From positions 40,373 to 104,372 of the forward strand of contig CAUSBS010000003.1 of assembly GCA_963530135.1 (NCBI GenBank): 64,000 nt of DNA. Direction: 5' to 3'. This DNA is from an uncultured Candidatus Saccharibacteria bacterium (lineage in GTDB: Bacteria > Patescibacteriota > Saccharimonadia > Saccharimonadales > Saccharimonadaceae). Below are positions 20,604 to 28,786 of this stretch, piece after piece. Under the pieces are notes generated by a model, which was not told the DNA's origin, searched no databases, and worked only from the letters and a program-made list of their open reading frames with translations. Numbering within the stretch: position 1 is the first letter of the stretch; every line of letters begins with the position of its first letter. The position numbers and the translations under genes are program-made.

Positions 20604-23016
20604 AAAACAATCCCCCGGTTACCATTATTATTAATGCTATGATCAAACCATAGGAATACACCGCCCCGTGGTCACTATTCTTCGCAGTAACTGCCGATTG
20701 CGGCCTTACCCCAAGCCTATCCTCGGGGTTACCTTTACCCGTTCTACCTTGGGCGGCACCGCCATCAGTTCGTTGCTCAACTGTAACAAAGTCATAGTAT
20801 GTAACTCTCTTTCCATCAGGAAGCGCCCCCACGATCACCAGTGTGTGTCTTCCCGGCTGCACCCCACTAGGCAAATTCATTGTTAGATTCAACCGACCAC
20901 TCGCGCCAACCGTATGAGTCCCTAGATCAGTAGGTGTGGAATAAAGCGTCGCCCGTACGGTACTGTGCGGCATGAGCTGATCGCCTACCGAGGATATGCG
21001 TAACTTCTCGCCCAACTTTACGCGTACAGGCGAGGCATTATTGATACGCCGTGTTGTCGGTGCTGCCTGGTAAAAACCTCCCTCCCTGGCGGTGTTGACC
21101 ACATCCCCCTCAAAAGCTTTTTCTATACCCCCAACCTTTTCAGCTATTTGTCTGGCAATTCTTAGGTGTCCATTTGGGTTTGGGTGGTAAAGATTCTGTC
21201 TATCGCTAAGGATATTCGGTGAGGTAATATTATGAAGACCCGTCATATACTTATCACCACCACATAATCGACCACCAGATAGAGCATCTGTAATATCAAC
21301 AAAAGGCACTCCACTATCTGTCGCTGCTCGCCAAAGTACTTCGTTCATTTCTTTCGTCATATCAAATATGGCTTCTCGTTCATGGTGGTTAAGAAGACCG
21401 CCATTGAGAAAACAGTTCTGCTCCCCTTTTTCAATAAACTGCGGATAACCAACAACGTAAATCTTACTCCCCGGTGAAGCCTCCTTCAGCTTTTTAACCA
21501 ATAGTTTCGTAATACCATACTGATTATGAATACTATCCTTCAGTAGCCGCTTAACGCGATCATCTGCCGCACATGAACAGGTAAAAAAGATAGAAGTTTT
21601 CGGATCGTTGCAAGCCTCAAGTATATCACCAAAGCCAACATCATTGCCACCACCAGTCAACGTGATAACTTTCGGCCTGTACTCTCTAACAAACTCTATT
21701 TGTGGTATATAACCCGGTAAGAAGTTATCTCTCACATTTTGAATAACTTCATCTCTGTTTTTAGTGGCAAACACCGACTTGGCTTGCTTGTTTTGCCCCT
21801 GATAATACTTCAAACGTGAAATATAATCATGCACCACCCGTGCACCAGAACAGGCTATTGACTGCATGCGCCCCTCTTTTACATTCCAATATTTTGCCAA
21901 AATAAACGGATAGGACCGATCGCTCAGATGACAGCCATCCTCCCCGCCGGTATTGCGTATATAATTTACTGATTCTCCATTGTAGATATCCCCCTCCCCA
22001 CTTGAATACGAATCACCCATTGCGAGATAGTCGAGCCGAGAGGCTTGAGGTTCATCCTTGGCTATAGATATCGTCACCACTTCGTTGATCGCCTGACCGC
22101 GCAACGCCCGATGTTGGTATGTTAATTCTGTAAAATCATCATTCGCAGATATTCGCTCATGTGATGCCTCAATATTTTTCCACTGCTCACCATAAAACTT
22201 TGGGTATATCATCCTCGTCGGACACGGATCGCGAAATTCATCGTTCATGTTTTCGTGATCAACGAGGCACTCAGGCGTAAGCCGCCATACTTTAAATATC
22301 GCCGTGCCACCGATAACCACCTGCGTTCCATCATTTGACACTGCCACGCTTGGCTGCGGCTCTACGTTGTGCGTGTGATCATAATATCCTCTGCCGAATA
22401 CCTTTCGCTCGCCCGTTTCTAGATCAATACGCGAAAATATATCATAAGCATTAACGTGTCTTGCGCCACCAGAATAGACGAGATACCGTCCATTATTAGA
22501 AATTCCCCAACTGATGGCGTACATAGGTTTTCCTTTATAATCAAGTGAAAATGCTGGATTTGACATATCAAAGTCAAGCGATTTTTTACTACCATTCATC
22601 GTGAAGCGCTTGGTGAAATTATGGTACTTCTTTAGATGAGAGATTTCATCATAACCAAACGCATATCCACGATGCATACCAATGACCGTATCCGTCCCCT
22701 TGAACCAATGAACTGCACTGAGATTATTCACCTTATAAAAGAGACCGCCATTTGAGGCATATACATCATACAATCCATTTGCTTGCCCAAACCGCCAACC
22801 GTTAAACTCATTCAGGCAAAGTGTCAGCTCCATTGTCGGATTTTTATCCTCATACGTTTTTGCCACTGTCACTGTCTCTAACCTGCAATGACCGCGGACA
22901 TTCACGTTTGGATCGACCGCCGAATCAAGCGGCCGCACATGCTTCACCACTGGATCATTATCCATCCAATTAACCCCGGTAGCAGAGGCCGTCACCTGAT
23001 GCACTAAAAACGACAC
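20578..23016 (-). CDS. large exported SGNH/GDSL hydrolase with beta-propeller-like N-terminal region, Ig-like domain and C-terminal TM anchor; the reading frame continues upstream across an in-frame TGA
   Basis: SGNH blocks are LAMGDSYSSGEG, TLTGGGND and HPNPNGH. C-terminal helix LIIALIIMVTGGLFYAF. See the leader fragment at 23020..23091. Confidence 0.75.
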   Translation of the reverse strand: MSFLVHQVTASATGVNWMDNDPVVKHVRPLDSAVDPNVNVRGHCRLETVTVAKTYEDKNPTMELTLCLNEFNGWRFGQANGLYDVYASNGGLFYKVNNLSAVHWFKGTDTVIGMHRGYAFGYDEISHLKKYHNFTKRFTMNGSKKSLDFDMSNPAFSLDYKGKPMYAISWGISNNGRYLVYSGGARHVNAYDIFSRIDLETGERKVFGRGYYDHTHNVEPQPSVAVSNDGTQVVIGGTAIFKVWRLTPECLVDHENMNDEFRDPCPTRMIYPKFYGEQWKNIEASHERISANDDFTELTYQHRALRGQAINEVVTISIAKDEPQASRLDYLAMGDSYSSGEGDIYNGESVNYIRNTGGEDGCHLSDRSYPFILAKYWNVKEGRMQSIACSGARVVHDYISRLKYYQGQNKQAKSVFATKNRDEVIQNVRDNFLPGYIPQIEFVREYRPKVITLTGGGNDVGFGDILEACNDPKTSIFFTCSCAADDRVKRLLKDSIHNQYGITKLLVKKLKEASPGSKIYVVGYPQFIEKGEQNCFLNGGLLNHHEREAIFDMTKEMNEVLWRAATDSGVPFVDITDALSGGRLCGGDKYMTGLHNITSPNILSDRQNLYHPNPNGHLRIARQIAEKVGGIEKAFEGDVVNTAREGGFYQAAPTTRRINNASPVRVKLGEKLRISSVGDQLMPHSTVRATLYSTPTDLGTHTVGASGRLNLTMNLPSGVQPGRHTLVIVGALPDGKRVTYYDFVTVEQRTDGGAAQGRTGKGNPEDRLGVRPQSAVTAKNSDHGAVYSYGLIIALIIMVTGGLFYAFRTHIK

Positions 23017-23019
23017 TCA

Positions 23020-23091
23020 AACGAGTGCCGTCATAGCTACCAGACCGAAAGTTTGCAAATTACCATGTCGCTTTTTACCTGTTAACCCCAT
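23020..23091 (-). other. 24-codon ORF encoding the n-region and half of the h-region of a signal peptide, in frame with the SGNH hydrolase and separated from it only by TGA 23017..23019
   Basis: My translation is MGLTGKKRHGNLQTFGLVAMTALV-TGA-VSFLVHQVTASA|TG. Joined, this reads as a classical Sec signal peptide with an AxA cleavage site. Confidence 0.6.
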
Positions 23092-23153
23092 ACGCCCCTT
23101 TATGTTGTCTTAAGTATAGCACCTAATTGGCAACGGTATTTCTGGCGCCTGCC

Positions 23154-23327
23154 TCATTCACAACCGTCACATATCGTCAGGCTCGCCGGGTCAATGGGTG
23201 CAGCGATGCCACCACTCATTTTCGCCTGCTCATCGGCTACTGCCTGAGCCGCCTGCATTGCCGCATCAATAGCACTCAGCTTTTCCTCTAGAGACATGTC
23301 ATCAGTAATAATTTGACCTGCATTCAT
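23154..23327 (-). CDS. small ORF (57 aa), hypothetical
   Basis: My translation is MNAGQIITDDMSLEEKLSAIDAAMQAAQAVADEQAKMSGGIAAPIDPASLTICDGCE. An AGGGGAA SD lies ~8 nt upstream. It is below the ORF-track size cutoff. Confidence 0.4.
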   Translation of the reverse strand: MNAGQIITDDMSLEEKLSAIDAAMQAAQAVADEQAKMSGGIAAPIDPASLTICDGCE

Positions 23328-23385
23328 TCTTATGTTCCCCTATATTTAGTATAGCCTTATGGTTATTGTACGCTAGTGCTAGTGC

Positions 23386-23790
23386 TTATGCAATAAAATG
23401 CAGCCAATTTTCCGTTGTGGTTTTTTCATCAAGTTGGCCAATCGGCATGGCATAAAACCGCGGCGTGTCGACTTGCGGCATAAAGCCCCCCAGTTTCTTG
23501 GCGTATGCCTTCTGAGTAGCCGCCAACTCCGCTTCATCAACAATTTCCCGGACAGTTGTCGTCAAGAATACTGCATTTTTCTGCTCATCCCAAACGACAA
23601 ATTCCGCTTTACCCGTACGAAAGGCGTTGTGTGCATGACGCGACATTGGGTCTGACACCCAAACAAGCATGTCATCCAGCCGCGCAAAATGCAGCGCCGC
23701 CACCAGCGGTGTACGATCACGATTGACCGTTGCCAGCGCCCCCACTTCTACCGTATCTAAAATCTCTGTTGCTAATTTGTTCATTGTCAC
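23386..23790 (-). CDS. pyridoxamine 5'-phosphate oxidase-family (FMN-binding split-barrel) protein
   Basis: Size and N-terminal pattern (VGALATVNRDRTPLVAALHFA) are typical of the PNPOx-like family. Confidence 0.55.
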   Translation of the reverse strand: MTMNKLATEILDTVEVGALATVNRDRTPLVAALHFARLDDMLVWVSDPMSRHAHNAFRTGKAEFVVWDEQKNAVFLTTTVREIVDEAELAATQKAYAKKLGGFMPQVDTPRFYAMPIGQLDEKTTTENWLHFIA

Positions 23791-23802
23791 TCCTCGCTGA
23801 CC

Positions 23803-24780
23803 CTACTTCGTGGTATTTACTTCATAGCTGGTGTTAGTGCTCTCAAAGAAATTCACCAATTCCAGCGTGTCATTTGCGGTAGCCATCCATTTAGCCGGGT
23901 TGGCTACGTTATATTCCGGCTCAAACCCAAGCTCGACCAAGCGGCGGTCAGTCATGTGCATGACATATTGATTGACATAATCAGCGTTCAGGCCCAAGAT
24001 TCCCTTTGGTAGCATGTCCTTGTTGTACTCTTTCTCCAGTTCAACCGCCTGCAGGATAAGCCCGCGAATCTCTTCAGCAAATTCCTGAGTTTGCAGTTCT
24101 GGATTTTCGTCCAAGATAGTCAGCAGCAAATTGATGCCAAAGGTCAGGTGCAAGTTCTCATCCTTAGTAATCCAGTCCAGCAGCGTACCGACATTACGCA
24201 GCAAGTTGCGCTGACGGAAACTCATGCCGACCATAAAGCCCGAGTAGAACCAAATGCCCTCCAGTACAATGTTATAGGCCACCAGTGAGCGGACAAAATC
24301 TTTCTTGCCCTCCAGAGAGTAAATATCCAAATTTGGATCGAGCATGACGTCGAGGTGCTTGTTCTGGAAATCTGCCTTGTCAGCCAGCGATTTTTTACCA
24401 AAGCCCGCCGCGTAAATTTCCTCGCGATCAAACGGAAAGGTCTCAATGATGTATTCAAAGGTCATGAAGTGGTTGGCCTCTTCCCACATCTGTTTTGACA
24501 GATAGAGCTGCGCTTCAGCGGCGTTAACGTATGGATAAATACCAAAGGCCAGCGACTTGTTGATCAATAGCTCGTTCGGATTGAGATAGCTAATCACCGT
24601 TTTGAGCGCGTGCTTTTCCTCATCGCTGAGTTTTTCAAAATCTGCCAAATCCTGTACCAGCTGCACTTCGTTAGGAAACCACGTGTTCGCCACCGCTTGG
24701 TTGTATAAATCATACGCCCATGGATAGCGGATTGGATGCAGTGATAAACCGTCGCGTAGTCCTGAACCTAAGATTCCCAT
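23803..24780 (-). CDS. nrdB: ribonucleotide reductase small subunit, class Ic-like (Glu first ligand, Phe at radical-Tyr site)
   Basis: Ligand spacing is E70-31-E101-xx-H104 and E-34-E-xx-H, identical to E. coli D84/E115/H118/E204/E238/H241. Residue H104+4 is Phe108 (codon 24457..24459). Confidence 0.85.
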   Translation of the reverse strand: MGILGSGLRDGLSLHPIRYPWAYDLYNQAVANTWFPNEVQLVQDLADFEKLSDEEKHALKTVISYLNPNELLINKSLAFGIYPYVNAAEAQLYLSKQMWEEANHFMTFEYIIETFPFDREEIYAAGFGKKSLADKADFQNKHLDVMLDPNLDIYSLEGKKDFVRSLVAYNIVLEGIWFYSGFMVGMSFRQRNLLRNVGTLLDWITKDENLHLTFGINLLLTILDENPELQTQEFAEEIRGLILQAVELEKEYNKDMLPKGILGLNADYVNQYVMHMTDRRLVELGFEPEYNVANPAKWMATANDTLELVNFFESTNTSYEVNTTK

Positions 24781-24900
24781 TTATTTGTCCTCCTCTATAG
24801 TGGTGGCAAATAGCGCTTCCTGACCGATAGCTCGCTGTGCGGCCTCGTTCGCCAACAGATCAATTCCCGGCAACGTATCCTGTTGATTTTGATATTCCAT
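24781..24900 (-). CDS. 39-aa acidic micro-ORF wedged between nrdA and nrdB
   Basis: MEYQNQQDTLPGIDLLANEAAQRAIGQEALFATTIEEDK. A perfect AAGGAGG SD lies 6 nt upstream, and its TAA stop abuts the nrdB ATG. Confidence 0.45.
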   Translation of the reverse strand: MEYQNQQDTLPGIDLLANEAAQRAIGQEALFATTIEEDK

Positions 24901-24913
24901 ATCGTTCCTCCTT

Positions 24914-27316
24914 TTATTTATTAACCTTGGCAAATCCAAACCCGCGCGTTTTAGCGCCAGTTCGAATCTTCTGTTCTGCTAATTTTTCTACCGACACGGT
25001 GGTCTGCTCTGATTGATGACGCGGCTTGACGTGCAGATAGTAGGTGGTTTTCAAACCGCGACGCCACGCCTCAGAATAAATTTCTACATACTCATCAATA
25101 TCGCGAGTTTCAAGGTACATATTGCGGCTAATCGCCTGGTCAACCCACTTTTGCGCCCGCGCTGCCACTTCGATAAAAGCATACGGGCTAAGCTGGAAGC
25201 TAGTCTTATAGACATCTTTGATATGCTGTGGAATGCCGTCAATGTGCTGAATGTCACCTTGTGCTGCAAATATTTCATCCTTCAGACGATCCCACAAATT
25301 CAGCTCTTTCAAGTCACGAACCAGATTATGATTCACCTCCAAAAACTTACCATTTAAGGTCGAGCGGCTAAAAATCTGCGCAAACTGTGGATCAATACCC
25401 GGCGTCGTACCCGCCACATGACCGATGTTAGCAGTCGGGGCGATAGCCATCAGCGTCGCATTACGCATACCTTTCTTCACTTTTTTGCGCAAACTATCCC
25501 AGTCCAGGCGCGTTTTGCGATCAATCTTTACCTTTAGCTTGCGATCATCAGATAATGCGTCTAATGTATCAACCGGCAGCAGTCCCTTACTCCAGCCGCT
25601 GCCGTTATATGTCGGATAACTGCCGAGCTTGGCTGCCAAATCCGCCGACTGGTCGATGGCGTGGTAGCTGATAAACTCCGTCAATTGATCAATTAACTCA
25701 TACGCTTCGTTCGACTCATAGCAGTAGCCGAGCTTTTCCAGCACATCGGTAAAGCCCATAACGCCGATACCAATTGCCCGCGTCTGCTGATTTGAGTGCA
25801 TCGCCTCTGGAATTGGCGTCTGGGTGATGTCCACCAGGTTATCGAGCTGGCGCGTTGCTGCCCGCGCTGCCTCTTGCAGCCGTTCCCAGTCCCATGTCTT
25901 ATCCTCGCGCAAGAACGCCGACAGATTAATACTAATTAGATTACAGGTAGCGATATTTTTCTCATCCTGTGGCAGGGTAATTTCCGTACAGAGATTAGAC
26001 AGGTGAATCGTACCGGTATTGTTGTTCAGGGCGCGGACGTTAATGGTGTCTTTCCACGTCAGCCATGGGTGGCTAGTGGCTTGCAGGCTGGTCAGGATTT
26101 GCTTGAACTGCTGACGGGCTGGTACTTTGTCAAAGACGCGCAGCTTACCAGCCTCCGCCAGCTTAACGTACTCTTTGTAGCGAGCCGAGAACTCCTCACC
26201 ATATAGCTCGGGCAGATCCGACGTTTCTGCTGGATCGAACAGATACCAATCTTGGTCTTTCTGCACTCGCTTCATAAATTCATCAGAGATAAATACCGCA
26301 GTGTTGGCAAAGCGTGTGCGCATATATGGGTCGCCGGAATTGGAGCGTAGGTCGATGAACTCCTTGAAATCAATGTGCCAATTTTCCATATACACCGCCG
26401 CCGCGCCCATCTTTTTACCCTTGCGTGATACTGCAAATAGCGCCGTGTCGATCATCTTGATAAACGGGATTGGTCCTGTACTCGTTGTATTGGTTGTCTT
26501 GACCGGACTGCCCGATGATCGCAGCTTCGTAAAGCTGATGCCGATACCCCCCGTGCCCTTGGCGATCCACATGGTATCGCGAATCGATTTAGCAATCGAC
26601 TCCATATCATCTTGCACTTCCAGTAAGAAACAGTTACTAAGCTGCGGGAAGGCGCAGCCAGCATTAACCCGAGTCGAACCGCCCGGTACATACTCCAGAT
26701 TGCTCATATGATGATAGAACGAAATTGCTGCGGCTGTAGGATTTTCTTCGTTGTAGCTTAGCCCCATAGCGATACGCATGTGGGTAAACTGCGGCGGTTC
26801 AATTGGCTCACTGCCGTGCTTACGTAGAGCGTAGCGGTTACGGTTGGTAATCACGCCGAGATATTTACTGAGGTCATCTTTAGCAGGATCAAGTGCTTCG
26901 CCAAGCTTCTTTAGATCAAACCGACCATCACCCATCCGCTCATCAAGCAGACCGTCCTTAACCGCTGCTCTAACAAACTTCGGGAACTCCCGCGCGTGCA
27001 ATTTCTTTAACTCAGCTGCTGTCTCATAATCACCTAGTGTATTTTTGTAAATATTTTTTAGCAATAATCGCGCTGCGATCTTATCATAATCTGGATCATC
27101 CTTGACATTTTGCAGTGTCGTCTGAATCACTGCCTCGTCTAGCTGCTCAGTCGTAATCCCGTCAAATAACGTCAGCTGCAACTCGGTCGCTACCTGCACC
27201 ACCTTTGAAACCTGATCCGGCAGCCCGTCGCAGGCCTTTAAAATTGCCGCATTAATTTTATTTGCATCAAACGGCTCTTTCGTCCCATCGCGTTTGACGA
27301 CGTTAATTTGTTGCAC
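24914..27316 (-). CDS. nrdA: ribonucleoside-diphosphate reductase large subunit (class I, with N-terminal ATP-cone)
   Basis: ATP-cone VVKRDGTKEPFDANKI, active-site NLCTEI, and the YY pair in LKTTYYLH. The GTG start follows AAGGAGGG. Confidence 0.93.
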   Translation of the reverse strand: MQQINVVKRDGTKEPFDANKINAAILKACDGLPDQVSKVVQVATELQLTLFDGITTEQLDEAVIQTTLQNVKDDPDYDKIAARLLLKNIYKNTLGDYETAAELKKLHAREFPKFVRAAVKDGLLDERMGDGRFDLKKLGEALDPAKDDLSKYLGVITNRNRYALRKHGSEPIEPPQFTHMRIAMGLSYNEENPTAAAISFYHHMSNLEYVPGGSTRVNAGCAFPQLSNCFLLEVQDDMESIAKSIRDTMWIAKGTGGIGISFTKLRSSGSPVKTTNTTSTGPIPFIKMIDTALFAVSRKGKKMGAAAVYMENWHIDFKEFIDLRSNSGDPYMRTRFANTAVFISDEFMKRVQKDQDWYLFDPAETSDLPELYGEEFSARYKEYVKLAEAGKLRVFDKVPARQQFKQILTSLQATSHPWLTWKDTINVRALNNNTGTIHLSNLCTEITLPQDEKNIATCNLISINLSAFLREDKTWDWERLQEAARAATRQLDNLVDITQTPIPEAMHSNQQTRAIGIGVMGFTDVLEKLGYCYESNEAYELIDQLTEFISYHAIDQSADLAAKLGSYPTYNGSGWSKGLLPVDTLDALSDDRKLKVKIDRKTRLDWDSLRKKVKKGMRNATLMAIAPTANIGHVAGTTPGIDPQFAQIFSRSTLNGKFLEVNHNLVRDLKELNLWDRLKDEIFAAQGDIQHIDGIPQHIKDVYKTSFQLSPYAFIEVAARAQKWVDQAISRNMYLETRDIDEYVEIYSEAWRRGLKTTYYLHVKPRHQSEQTTVSVEKLAEQKIRTGAKTRGFGFAKVNK

Positions 27317-27412
27317 CTATTTCCCTCCTTGATGCTCAGCAAAACTACCGCCGACCTCTCTGCGGTGGCGACTGACACCTCTCGTCTATTTGCTTTTTGT
27401 TTAGTACCCTCT

Positions 27413-27463
27413 ACACATTTAGTGTATGTATACTATGATAAAGCACTAGATGTGGCGCGACAA
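27413..27463 (-). promoter_or_regulatory. candidate nrdA promoter (TTGTCG-17 nt-TATCAT) overlapped by two short palindromes that may be operators
   Basis: ACACATTTAGTGT lies at 27413..27425 and CACTAGATGTG at 27444..27454, with centres 30 bp apart. The second sits in the -35/-10 spacer and the first just downstream of the -10. Confidence 0.35.
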
Positions 27464-27614
27464 GAGGATTTGTGAATTTTACAATGAAAACAGCTCGCTA
27501 ACTGATTACTCTCCACTAACGAGCCACAGAGGCAATCATACAGAGGCAATCATTAGTAGTGACCCCTCGGGCATATCAGCGAGGATATCGTCCGTAGTTG
27601 TGGATGCTAACCAT

Positions 27615-28196
27615 CTAATATCGACGTCTTGTATGAGCAGTATCCATAAAATCATACACAAACTCTCCGCTTCGTGGCAGGAAGCAGAAGGCCTCGCTGC
27701 TAGAGGTAGCGTCTAGCGGTCGGTCGCCGGGAGCATAGCGGAGGATGCATTTAGCATCGCTGCTGGTCGCAGCATCAAACGTCGGTTGTGCTGAGCCAGC
27801 CACTTCGTTACGCATGCCGACAAATGGTAGCTCCACGCCGATTTCTTTGTACGATTTCCAATCCGTACAGCGATATGGCTGAGCGCAGTTGGCGAACGGC
27901 TGGATGGTCAGCAGGCGCTGACGGATGGAGTCATCGGTAATGACACCAAATAGCGAGCCGTACGGATGCTCGCCGCGGGTTATATATAGAAATGGATGCT
28001 CTGAGTGGATAACGCGGGCGGCTTTGACCGTTGACATATCAAAGCGACTGAGGAATACTTCGCGTGGCTCATAAACTTTGTAATTAGGGAGTAGCGTAAC
28101 GAGAAAGCCTGCCCCAACATAAATCAGCACAACAACTGCGGCGGCAATGGCGCACTTGACGAGGCGGCGATGGCGGTGGTAGAAATCTTCGAGCAT
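27615..28196 (-). CDS. hypothetical N-terminally membrane-anchored protein
   Basis: TM helix AIAAAVVVLIYVGAGFLVTLL; no family recognised. Confidence 0.45.
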   Translation of the reverse strand: MLEDFYHRHRRLVKCAIAAAVVVLIYVGAGFLVTLLPNYKVYEPREVFLSRFDMSTVKAARVIHSEHPFLYITRGEHPYGSLFGVITDDSIRQRLLTIQPFANCAQPYRCTDWKSYKEIGVELPFVGMRNEVAGSAQPTFDAATSSDAKCILRYAPGDRPLDATSSSEAFCFLPRSGEFVYDFMDTAHTRRRY

Positions 28197-28285
28197 GGAT
28201 GTTACTATTGTAAATTAATTAGCGTACCTGATCAAGAAACTGATCTCTAGCTACACCCTTATGTGCCGCCTCAAAAAGCTCAGCA

Positions 28286-28786
28286 TCAACCTTCTTTGAT
28301 GTCGTGAAACGCGAGCAAAGACCGGGCATACTGAATTCCTCCTTCGTTACGAGAGATCGTTAGATACTCCTGAAAGAGTTTTACGACTTGGTCGTGCACC
28401 GTTGGCCCATGTACGATAAGTTTATTGGTCAGGCCAGTGTTAATGGCATTGAGAGCATAAACTCCACCGTCAACTGCATCCATACCATAGTACATCTTAG
28501 TAATTCCGGCGTTGATACAGGCTCCAATGCACATCAAGCAAGGCTCAAGAGTTGAGTACAACACGGCGTTTGAAGCCACGCTCCAAATTCGATGTCCAAG
28601 ACATTCGATCATTGAATTCTCTCCGTGACATGCAGGACCTCCGCGAGCAACACGAGTCTCGCCAATAGCAACCACTTTCCCGTCAACTGCCAAGACACAG
28701 CCAATGGGGTTCTCGCCATTCTGCATCGCGCTACGAGCCGCACCTAGCGCATGCTCCATTAACCGAGAATCATATTCATCCATCAT
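28286..28786 (-). CDS. CMP/dCMP-type zinc deaminase (nucleoside or tRNA-adenosine deaminase-like)
   Basis: Zinc motifs are CHGENSMIE (H[AG]E) and EPCLMCIGAC (PCxxC). Confidence 0.7.
   Translation of the reverse strand: MMDEYDSRLMEHALGAARSAMQNGENPIGCVLAVDGKVVAIGETRVARGGPACHGENSMIECLGHRIWSVASNAVLYSTLEPCLMCIGACINAGITKMYYGMDAVDGGVYALNAINTGLTNKLIVHGPTVHDQVVKLFQEYLTISRNEGGIQYARSLLAFHDIKEG

Noticed and set aside
20199-23016. Calling horizontally acquired islands from base composition alone
   Set aside because: Hand counts show that low-GC lines (40-43 %) also occur inside core genes such as nrdA and argS. Composition by eye is therefore not decisive and needs a computed profile.
23017-23019. Alternative genetic code (TGA = Gly, as in Gracilibacteria/SR1) to explain the in-frame TGA
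   Set aside because: TGA terminates several conserved genes at their expected ends, often in ATGA or GTGA overlaps with the next gene (fpg 3849, dnaG 10048, ABC ATPase 30917, groES 35594). The standard code therefore applies.
27527-27553. Tandem duplication CAGAGGCAATCAT-A-CAGAGGCAATCAT in the nrdA-upstream intergenic region
   Set aside because: There are only two copies of 13 nt, with no associated structure or gene. It is most simply a slippage duplication.
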